DNA of 29,349 nt, taken from Proteromonas lacertae (taxonomy: Eukaryota). Location: contig NGBS01000300.1 of NCBI GenBank assembly GCA_002245135.1, forward strand, positions 186,001 through 215,349, given 5' to 3'. Position 1 is the first letter of the stretch; each line of letters opens with the position of its first letter. Under the pieces are notes generated by a model. The model saw only the letters and a list, made by a program, of their open reading frames with translations, was not told where the DNA came from and ran no database searches. This document shows positions 15,001 through 23,305 of this stretch, in pieces. Position numbers and translations under genes: made by a program.

Positions 15001-15188
15001 CAACACTAGATATTAATTCTAAATCATTTTATATTAATGAAGAGAGTAATGAAGCATCAACGACAGTATCAATAGTTGTATATTGTTTGATATTTGGAAT
15101 ATTATTTATATCAATTGGAAGTGTGTATGGGTATTTGCAGTATAGAAAGAAACATCCAAAAGGTGATGCAAATGATCCTAAACCTTAA
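2..15188 (+). CDS. Giant type-I membrane surface protein (5' end outside window): putative-Ig (He_PIG-like) and PA14-like domains, 8 tandem carbohydrate-binding/discoidin/Cys-rich modules, further Ig repeats, SEA-like region, C-terminal TM helix
   Basis: The + strand ORFs of the track join in frame after removing seven GT-AG introns (120-160, 449-482, 1442-1480, 1602-1630, 2027-2066, 2281-2320, 2585-2619) and allowing four +1 frameshifts (~10979, ~12450, ~14263, ~14342). Motifs: 'P.LP.GL.I....G.I.G.P' Ig repeats; PA14-like 'FYIEGDNSVGIKID...KGTHHIYV'; TM 'IVVYCLIFGILFISIGSVYGYL' followed by RKKH; stop TAA 15186-15188. Confidence 0.88.
120..2619 (+). other. Seven short GT-AG spliceosomal introns (41, 34, 39, 29, 40, 40, 35 nt)
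   Basis: Each starts GTAT, ends TAG and is nearly pure A/T. Removing each restores the frame into the next ORF-track segment (phases checked by hand). Confidence 0.9.
3284..13270 (+). repeat. Protein-level tandem array of eight ~1.3-kb (~430 aa) diverged modules
   Basis: Recurring order: galactose-binding-like domain (WKY..W....YDD..W / Y.RK.F / DG...Y.NG / G.N.IAVEYH), discoidin-like domain, Cys-rich hormone-receptor-like motif (C....W..T...C...G...R.C...W...C), then a beta-rich linker. The Cys-motif Trp falls near 4085, 5384, 6662, 7931, 9188, 10517 and 11802; an eighth copy lies at ~13110-13270. Confidence 0.8.
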
Positions 15189-15280
15189 TATATATATTAA
15201 TTTTATATTTTATTCATAATTATTCTCTTTTCAATTAAAAATCAACAAAAACAAAACAAATTATTTTTTGAATAAATGAA

Positions 15281-17670
15281 TTAATAATAATCAATATTTG
15301 AACATTCTATTGATATTTCTTTCTTTTCTTTTTCTGTAATTCTATTTTGATTAATCCACTTGATGAAAATGTTTCTGAAAATGATTTCATTAAAGATTTA
15401 TCTATATATCTTTTTTACTGTTATTGATAATTCATCTAAACAACCAAATACTACATTCAATGAATTTCTGTTTCAAAAAATAGTCATTTTATATACATTT
15501 TGATTAATTTTTCAAGATTAATACATGTATATAATGTTTATAAGATTTGATAGCAAAATATTAAATTTAAGTAATTGATAAAAAAGAAAGAAATTATAAA
15601 TAGAAATTATTAAATAGATATTATTAACTTCTTTAAGATCTTGTTTCATTCTCTACAATGCCTAAACTTCTATTAATCTAACATAATAATAAATCAATAA
15701 CTATACATGTTCTTGTTCAGATTGTTTCAATAATTCTGTCAATTCATGACTGTACAGTGATTTCTTTTCATTGTACTCATCAAGATTAGCTTTAGTCAAG
15801 GCATATTTCATTATTATATTCTGCAATTTATTTTCAGTTTCTACAATCTCTCTTGATAAATCAGATATTTTACTTCGATAATAATCAATATCATTCTTTT
15901 CTATTTCTTTCTCTTTTCTCTTTTTCTTTTCTTCCTCATAGTCATAATTATAATTATTGAATATTATCTTTTTTATCTTTTTCATTCTATTGTTGTTGTT
16001 ATTATGATTTTTAGTTTCTTCTTTTCCTTTTATTCTATTTTCTTCTTTTTCTTTTTCTTCTTCTTCTTCTTTTTCTATATCTTTTTCACTATTCTTTGAT
16101 AATAACTGTAACAACTGATCTTGTAAAATCTAACAATAAATAGAAATATATAAAAATATAAAATACTTCTTTTCTATCAACTTGTTCTTGATATAATAAT
16201 GTATATTCACTATGTTCCAATATCAACTCATTAAATTGACTATTTGTAACAGCTATTTTTTCAGTAACTATCTCAATTTTGTGTCTAAATGAAGCGCATA
16301 TAGCAGTCATTGATGGATTGTTAGATATTAATTCATCAATATCATTGAGAGATTCTGGACAATTTTCAAATTTTAATTGATATTCTTTTGCATTAAAATC
16401 TCTTTCCAAATCATTCAGTAACTTATCATCAATTTTTATGAAAATAGAAATATTAATTAACTCAATTATTAAGTCAGGTTCTTTTTGAAATATATTTTTT
16501 AAATCTTTTAATAATGAACACATTGAACCTAAATCCATTGTCAATAATTGCGGTTGAAGATGTTGCAATATAGCAATACTTAACCTAAAAACAAAACACC
16601 AACCTTGAACAAAATATATATCCCAAACTCGACATAATGCTTGAGGTGGTAATAGTTAAACACACAAAAAAAGAAATTAAAAGAAAATAATAGCAATAAA
16701 TAAATATTCGAAAAAAAAATGATATATATGCAAATAGTGTAATAAACCATTGAGCAACAAAAAAATCTGAGAATAATTCATTCTCTACACAGTGTTTACG
16801 CAGTAATGGCAACTCTCTTCTGAATATTCTATCAAATTGATACACTCTAATTGGCATTCCTGGTATTCCTGGCATCCAGAATTCTCTGAGATGATATGAA
16901 TCAATTATACTTACCATCATCCAGAATGAATATTCTAATACTTCATCAATATTTAATTCCAAACTATTTTCATTAATATTATATATATTTATATATATAC
17001 CATTTATTTACTAATTCATCTACATTACAATCACTACTATAACCTACAAAATTTGGATCTAAATAGAGAAATAGAAAAACTGCAGCTACAAAATTCATCC
17101 CTTGACAATAACCTATGTTTGTATTGTATAATGAACATGATTTTAGTAAATTGCCTAATAGTGTAACTCCTAGACTGGAACTATCGCGAAATAAAGGATG
17201 GTGAGGAAATGTTCGTGTGATATCTCTCAAAATTTCACCTTCTACTCCATCTTTAGATAGATGAAGGATTTTTGGATTTGATACTTTACAACAAGAATAG
17301 AGCGTTGGATCATTATGACGTTTCTCTTCTATTTTAAATACATATTTCCAAAATCTATGAAGGGTTATTCATTTTAATTATATAAATATACTCTAACCTA
17401 TGTGAACTAACTGTATTACATAAGAGAGACTGTATGGGTAAAGGATTGTCGTTGATTACTATAAGTTAGTAATGACATTATACAATTGTGTAAATCTCTG
17501 CAAACATATTTTAAGTTACATATATCCCTTATCTAAAACAAAATATAAATGTAATTTATTACCTCTAAAAACTCTGAAGCTTTAAATAGTATATCACTAA
17601 TCTCTAATGCAGGCGGTCCAACTAACTGCTTTTGTTTTGATTTTGATTTATAAAATGGTAAACTATACAT
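15281..17670 (-). CDS. TBC-domain Rab GTPase-activating protein with F-box-like N-terminus and C-terminal coiled coil (3' exons uncertain)
   Basis: ATG at 17670. Introns 17533-17562, 17459-17483 (contains TACTAAC), 17355-17391, 16964-17000, 16656-16725 (U12-type), 16130-16166, probably 15653-15706. Spliced product has 'HRLEFW', Arg finger 'ILRDITRTFP', Gln finger 'GYCQGMNFVAAVFL' and 'WFITLFAYLLPPQALCRVWDIYFVQGW'. Exons below ~15650 and the stop codon are not resolved; 15281 is a tentative end. Confidence 0.9.
16656..16725 (-). other. Minor (U12-type) intron, AT-AA termini, 70 nt
   Basis: Donor ATATCATTTT, branch-like TTCTTTTAAT, end GTTTAA. Phase-0 removal gives the TBC consensus spacing WFxTLFxxxLP...RVWD. 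I found no in-frame GT-AG or GC-AG alternative. Confidence 0.75.
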
Positions 17671-17772
17671 TCAATTAAAGACAAAAACAGGAAAGAGAAG
17701 GCTTGCGAATGGTTTGTTCAAAAGGGATTTAAATATTCTTTCTTTTCATCCTTGTTAATTGATTGATAAAGA

Positions 17773-18517
17773 ATGACTACGCATAATGAAGTTGTATACA
17801 TTGGAATATATATATTTAGATAGCAAAGCAAGCTGTTAATGCTGATTTGTCTCTAGCCAAAGTCGAAAACTCAAAGAAAACGTTGATAAAATTTCTTATA
17901 GGCTATTTTGTTTGTTTTTATGTTTAATCAAAAGAATATAGTTAGTCTATTTTTCAAGTCTCACTTTTGATATGTTATATACACATACTCATTTAAAATC
18001 AAACATCACATATGGATGGTTAGGTTTAGATGTAGTGGTGTTCATAGTTTATGCCTTCTTTGGCTTATTTGGTGTTTATAAACAAAGAATGGATATATTA
18101 TTATGGTATTTTGGAATGAGTGTGGTGTATTCTATTGTTTCTATATCATTTTTTATTTTAAGCATATGAATATTACTATCCTTAATAAACTCAATTGTTC
18201 AAAATTATTGATTCTATTGTTGTATTAACGAATTTGGATTATTAGTACAGTTTATTGTTATTAATTGTTATAGTCAACAATTCTGCACAACAAATCACAT
18301 TCATTACAACTGTGAATTCTATTCAACTGACACATATACTAATTATTTCTTTATTGCTTCTATTTTGTGGTTATTAGTATGTATAATGTCATCATTCAAT
18401 GCAATGTGTTCTACTAGTTCTTATAAAGCTATTCAGAACTTATCTCCTCAAAGTAATGTAGAATTACAGATATCTTCAGAGAACAGTGAAGATAGTCCTG
18501 AATATACTATTGTTTAA
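17773..18517 (+). CDS. Four-TM tetraspanin-like membrane protein, ~201 aa
   Basis: Exons 17773-17793, 17820-17909, 17942-18142, 18195-18244 and 18274-18517 form one open frame. Four hydrophobic segments; 'FFGLFGVYKQRMDILLWYF' resembles the tetraspanin TM2-TM3 turn; two Cys in the second loop, but no CCG motif. Confidence 0.75.
18143..18194 (+). other. Minor (U12-type) intron, AT-AA termini, 52 nt
   Basis: Donor ATATCATTTT; branch site TCCTTAAT at 18179-18186 (U12 consensus TCCTTAAC); acceptor CTCAA ~9 nt further on. With this donor only an AA end gives the open downstream frame (LFKIIDSIVV...). Confidence 0.78.
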
Positions 18518-18692
18518 TGCTATTGTGAATAAATATTATGTTGTATTCTGGTTTATTGGCTTTTCTCATATCTTCCAAAAATTCAGAAACGACCAATTTT
18601 TCAATATTGTCTAATCTTTTTCTTTTTCATTCATACTTTTCAGTTTCAGTAGTTTAACAAGTATCTCTATGCTAATTATTGTAGATAGATCA

Positions 18693-18830
18693 ATGTCTAC
18701 ACAGTCAAATAGAAAAATTACAGTTTCAAGTATGATTCCCTTTACATTTATGCATTTAGAGTTGGATGATATTATCAATACCGAATCTCATAAATGTAGC
18801 TCGATGTATGCAATAATTATATATGTATAA
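18693..18830 (+). pseudogene. Possible first exon of a host gene interrupted by the element
   Basis: 45-codon open frame (MSTQSNRKITV...). It is preceded by CCAAT-like sites and a host-style 24-nt GTAT..CTAAT..TAG intron (18661-18684), and contains a GTATGC donor at 18806. No recognisable product. Confidence 0.35.
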
Positions 18831-18855
18831 CCGTAAGAATATCACTGTAGGTGGG

Positions 18856-18938
18856 TAACCCGTACCAGACTATTCTTAGGTGCCTTCTACAGGTAAGAAT
18901 AAGCGATTTGAGTGTAAATTAGTTTTTGGTACGGGTTA
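18856..18938. repeat. Nested inverted repeats near the element end
   Basis: TAACCCGTACCA (18856-18867) and TGGTACGGGTTA (18927-18938) form a perfect 12-bp IR enclosing TATTCTTA (18871-18878) / TAAGAATA (18894-18901). Confidence 0.85.
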
Positions 18939-19082
18939 TACTGGAGCAAGTGGTGAGTTTAAATTTCTTTATATATTTTAGTGTATGAGTAATTTTATGG
19001 GTTAAAATTTTTCTTTTGTTTTTTGTATATAATTTCATTTAACTTTTTCTTATTGTTTTTTATCAATCATAATTTCAAAAGA

Positions 19083-19424
19083 ATGTCAAGAATTTGGATC
19101 GAGAATGTTAATATAGAAGATAGAAATAAGCGTGAAGATGAAGACTTTGAAAGAATCTATGCAATCATTGAAAGTGAAGTAGCTAGAATAGTAGCTGAGC
19201 CACCTCCAGTAGTAATGTGGTATACTTCTGATACAGCTGATGAGGATGACAGAAAGTATGAAGAATGGCGTGCAATTCATAAACCAACCAGAGTAGCACA
19301 AGCAACCATACGCCCTAGAAAATGGGTTGATCCTGAAGAAGAGCGCAGAAAAACAAAGATGTTAAAGCGTTATGGTATTGATGAAAAAAACATCATTGAA
19401 GAAAGACTAAGATTTCATAACTAA
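19083..19424 (+). CDS. Hypothetical charged protein, 113 aa (element gene)
   Basis: ATG at 19083 within the track ORF; intron-free, purine-rich coding-like composition; no recognisable domain. Confidence 0.7.
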   Translation: MSRIWIENVNIEDRNKREDEDFERIYAIIESEVARIVAEPPPVVMWYTSDTADEDDRKYEEWRAIHKPTRVAQATIRPRKWVDPEEERRKTKMLKRYGIDEKNIIEERLRFHN

Positions 19425-19552
19425 TTCTTAAATCATTGGTTTTAATTGAATTTTTGTTATTTGATTGGCTGAATAGAAATAAACATAATATTACATAATT
19501 CTTTTCATTCATAAATTTCTTGCGATTTTTGAAATAATCTACATAAATTAAA

Positions 19553-20137
19553 ATGAGTGATATACAAAACGAATTAGATGCTAATATTGAAAAACACTTA
19601 CAAGAAGGTGAAATGTATGAGAATGATATGTCTGAAGTAAAATCATTAATTATTAAAGTATTCAAGGATATGTTGGATGGTATGTATTCTGTGATTGAAG
19701 AGTATGAAGATGATCCAGAATGGAGTGAACAACCAGGTGATGATATTGATATAACAATGGAAGAAGAAGAAGTGAAGGAAGAAAAACAAAGTGAATCTAA
19801 ATCTAAAAAAAGAAAGGATATAACAAAGTCAGATTCAGATTCACAAGTGTGTAGTACTTGTGGTAAGAAGAAAGCTAATGATGAATTTGGTTATAAGAGT
19901 GAAGGTGTATTCTATAAATCTTGTACAGAGTGTAGAAATAAGAAGAAGAGAAGATATGAAGAAGTAAAGAAAGGAAGTGATAATAGTGGAGAAGATAAGA
20001 AGCGTAAAGTAGAGAATAGTTCCACTGCCGAGGGTCGACCAAAGGTAGATATTGCTAAAGTAGATTGTTCTACAAGTCCTATCCCGGGGGTAGCTACAGT
20101 AGATCTAACTACATCACCTACCTGTATAATTAATTAA
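19553..20137 (+). CDS. Acidic N-terminus plus Cys4 zinc-finger protein, 194 aa
   Basis: 'CSTCGKKK...F...YKSCTECRNKKKRR' (CxxC...CxxC) flanked by basic NLS-like clusters; VDLT motif near the C-terminus. Confidence 0.8.
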   Translation: MSDIQNELDANIEKHLQEGEMYENDMSEVKSLIIKVFKDMLDGMYSVIEEYEDDPEWSEQPGDDIDITMEEEEVKEEKQSESKSKKRKDITKSDSDSQVCSTCGKKKANDEFGYKSEGVFYKSCTECRNKKKRRYEEVKKGSDNSGEDKKRKVENSSTAEGRPKVDIAKVDCSTSPIPGVATVDLTTSPTCIIN

Positions 20138-20201
20138 CTTTTGGTTTAAAATTCATTTTTATATTTCTATACGTTTTTATATATAAATAATTTCACATAA
20201 T

Positions 20202-20585
20202 ATGCCATATAATTCATCTTTAGTTATGTTAGGTGATATGAAAGATACTTTAAATGGTTTGAAACAAGAACTGTATATTTTATTAGGTTGTGTAGTTCTA
20301 TGGGTTCTTTATAAATGCAAGAGAATATGTGCATGGTGTTATCATAAAGCCTGTCCTCCAGAATTAAGTGAAATATTAGCTGAGCCAGAACCTGCTGTTC
20401 AATTAGCATTAAGAAAATCTACTATTGTTTCTGCTATTCCATTTACTTTAACACCTGAAAATAGTAGAATAAATTCTAGAAATGCTAGTGATAATGAAGA
20501 TGAAGAGCAATTAGAAACAGAAATAGAAATTATTCCTATTAATAAACCTGAGATTGAAATTCAAAAACCAATCATAAATATTTAA
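20202..20585 (+). CDS. Small single-pass membrane protein, 127 aa
   Basis: Hydrophobic 'LYILLGCVVLWVLY' followed by Cys/basic 'KCKRICAWCYHKAC' and a polar tail. Confidence 0.72.
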   Translation: MPYNSSLVMLGDMKDTLNGLKQELYILLGCVVLWVLYKCKRICAWCYHKACPPELSEILAEPEPAVQLALRKSTIVSAIPFTLTPENSRINSRNASDNEDEEQLETEIEIIPINKPEIEIQKPIINI

Positions 20586-20767
20586 TTTTATATATAGTCT
20601 TTTTTTCGTATTTGATTTTTGAAAGTTATTTTTTGTACCCCCTTAAATATTACATAAAGAAAAACCGTTTTATTTTTCATTCACACTTTTCTTACTCATT
20701 TTCAGTATTTTATTTTTTTCATTTTTTACTTTAATAGAAAATTAATTATTCAATCATTCAATCAAAA

Positions 20768-21940
20768 ATGCCAGCAGACAGAGTCAAACAACCAACCAAT
20801 TCAGAATTATGCTCCCAGCTTCCATTAAAGGGACAGGCTTATGAGTTCTATCAGAAAGTGAGTCGTAACATCCAGCATTTAAAGACATTTTGCGACGAAA
20901 TGTATATTCAAAGTTTGGCTTATGATGACAGCAAAAAATCAAAGAAGAAGCAAAGTCCACCACAATTCAACTATATCGAATTAGAGAAGTCAGCTACAGC
21001 AGTTTATTATTGCTTTTCATGTAAGTTTGATAATCAGAAGTTAATTCCCATTAAACATCTAGAGACATTAGATCAAAATGAGTATATGAATTTATACTTT
21101 AGTGACGAAGAGATGAAGAGTATAGTAAAACCAGATGTAAAACAGATTAAACCTTTTATTCAACCTCAGTTAAAACAACAACAACAACCACAACAAGAAC
21201 CACCACCACCAACTGTACCTCAAAAACCTAAAAGAGTTTATAAAAGAAGAACTGATACTGTAAAGAAACCTAAAACAAAAGCAGTTATTGATAGTGATGA
21301 TGAATTAATTCATTTAAAGAAAAGAAAGATTGTTAAGGATTCTGATTTTGTTGACGAACCAGTGGGTATAATTGTGAAAGATACTGAATCAAGAACATCT
21401 GCTGATGATTTATTAAGTAGCCAAAGTCCTACCTTTACACCTCCAATGTCACCAAGGTCTGATACTACACTTCTTGATGTTACTGATATTGATATACTGG
21501 ATGCTGAATTGAAATATTTTAATGCTGAAATAACTAAAAAAGATGAAGAAAAACAAAAAGAGATAGAAGAGAAAATTAAGCATCAAGATGCAGAGAGAAA
21601 GAAACAAGAAGATGAAGAAAAAAAGAAAAAACAACAAGAAGAAGAAAGAGTTAGAAAAGTACAAGAAGAAGCAGAGAGAAAGAGAAAACAAGAAGAAGCA
21701 GAAAAGAAAAGAAAAGAAGAATTAGTGGTTATTAGAATGCTTCAAGAAGAAGAGAATATGAGACAACAAGAAGAGTTAAGAAAGAAATGGGTATTAGAAC
21801 AAAAGAGACAAATGGAAGAAAAGATGAAAAAAGAAAACGATGAATTAGAAAAGAAGATGGAAGAAGAGTTTAAGAAAAGAATTGAAGAAGAGAAAAGAAA
21901 GAAAGCTGAAGAGTTTGAGAAGATGATGAAGAACTTATAA
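20768..21940 (+). CDS. Hypothetical protein, 390 aa: N-terminal globular part, P/Q linker, basic patch, long E/K-rich helix or coiled coil
   Basis: Long intact ORF with ATG in A-rich context; the C-terminal ~135 aa are dominated by E/K/R/Q. Confidence 0.8.
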   Translation: MPADRVKQPTNSELCSQLPLKGQAYEFYQKVSRNIQHLKTFCDEMYIQSLAYDDSKKSKKKQSPPQFNYIELEKSATAVYYCFSCKFDNQKLIPIKHLETLDQNEYMNLYFSDEEMKSIVKPDVKQIKPFIQPQLKQQQQPQQEPPPPTVPQKPKRVYKRRTDTVKKPKTKAVIDSDDELIHLKKRKIVKDSDFVDEPVGIIVKDTESRTSADDLLSSQSPTFTPPMSPRSDTTLLDVTDIDILDAELKYFNAEITKKDEEKQKEIEEKIKHQDAERKKQEDEEKKKKQQEEERVRKVQEEAERKRKQEEAEKKRKEELVVIRMLQEEENMRQQEELRKKWVLEQKRQMEEKMKKENDELEKKMEEEFKKRIEEEKRKKAEEFEKMMKNL

Positions 21941-22079
21941 GTATTAATATATACTTTAAATTTGTCTGGTTTATGCTTTAATCCATATACTTGAAAAAAG
22001 CACTTTGAATTCATTACTTTGATGAAAATTGGTGTTTGTTTTATATGTAAAAAATAACATAAATAAAAAACATAAAAAA

Positions 22080-23240
22080 TTATACGAAATCATTAAATAG
22101 CGAATTTTTCTTATATACTCTACCATATCTACTTTTTCTGCCTTCTGGTACTGGTTGAATATCTGGTTCTATAGGTTGTGCTTCATTATTTATACTATGA
22201 ATTTGTCTTAATCTAAACTTACCATTTGTTGTAATACTATTAACTGGTACTCTTTTTATTTCATGAGATTTGAATCTATATGAGCCTATATCTCTAGGAT
22301 TGAATTCTCTAGGTATTGTTCCATCCAAGTTCTTAACAGAATATGAAAATGGTCCAACTTTGTGTATTTGGTATACTTTATCAGTATAATAAGTAGTTTT
22401 TTGAAGTTTGTTATCTCTACGTTCTTTTATTCTGACAAAATCATCAGCTTTAAAATGAGTATCACTTTTACGCTTCTTTAAGTTTCTAGCATGGGATTCT
22501 TTATACAATCTATCTTGGACTTCAAAATCATTGAATACTTCATTTGGAGTTAGATTATTGAGTGCAGAATGTGGTTTTGCATTGTAATCATCTACAACAG
22601 TATATACTATATTACACAATGATTCAATATTGTTAATTTTATCAAATTCTTCATCAGAAAATGTATTAATTTTTCTATAAAACATATCTTTAATAGTTCT
22701 CACACATCGATCCAATATTTTCATTATATTATGTTCATTACGTTCTTTAAGTATAAATCGTATATGATTTTTGTTAAACAAATCTAAAAATTTCTTACCA
22801 TAGATAATACCAGACTCTTCATCTGACAATATACTTCCTACAAAACGAGCGTTTTCATCCTTAGGTTGCATACCCTGATAAAACCATTTTTCAAACACTG
22901 GATATACATCATTTTCTGATTTAGATTTAACATAATATATCCAACACTTACGACTAACAACTTCTATAATTAACAAAAATGGAACTTTTGTATTGTTGAA
23001 AAACACCAAATCTATTTGATATGACCCAGGTAACTTTTCAATTTCATATTTAATTCTATTCCTTTTAGTTGCAGTGATTTGATAATCTGGTTTAGACTCT
23101 ACAAGTTCACTACTAGCTTTTTTAATGTCAGATTTTTTAAAGTTATTCTCAAGTTCATTTACAGAGAAATTAATAAAGTCTCGTTTGTTTAAATAACCAT
23201 ATGTTTTGTATAACTCATTTATTTTATCTTGTAGTGACAT
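22080..23240 (-). CDS. Retroviral-like (rve) integrase of Polinton type, 386 aa
   Basis: 'YQIDLVF' (D1), 'ILSDEE' (D2), 'ILDRCVRTIK' (third acidic residue), 'YNAKPHSALNNLTP', SH3-like 'FKADDFVRI'. No chromodomain seen. Confidence 0.92.
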   Translation of the reverse strand: MSLQDKINELYKTYGYLNKRDFINFSVNELENNFKKSDIKKASSELVESKPDYQITATKRNRIKYEIEKLPGSYQIDLVFFNNTKVPFLLIIEVVSRKCWIYYVKSKSENDVYPVFEKWFYQGMQPKDENARFVGSILSDEESGIIYGKKFLDLFNKNHIRFILKERNEHNIMKILDRCVRTIKDMFYRKINTFSDEEFDKINNIESLCNIVYTVVDDYNAKPHSALNNLTPNEVFNDFEVQDRLYKESHARNLKKRKSDTHFKADDFVRIKERRDNKLQKTTYYTDKVYQIHKVGPFSYSVKNLDGTIPREFNPRDIGSYRFKSHEIKRVPVNSITTNGKFRLRQIHSINNEAQPIEPDIQPVPEGRKSRYGRVYKKNSLFNDFV

Positions 23241-23305
23241 TCAAACAATATATAAAAAATATGAATGATATATATTTAAAGAATTAATGAATTAAAATAA
23301 TTAAA

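Noticed and set aside
244..15188. Treating the + strand ORF-track entries as separate genes or a bacterial operon
   Set aside because: They join through GT-AG introns or frameshifts into one protein with continuous domains; many listed starts are non-ATG and the F/I/Y-rich tails are intron read-through.
21540..21940. GAA/AAA-rich repeats as a satellite or array
   Set aside because: Explained by E/K-rich coding sequence; the same applies to 15890-16090.
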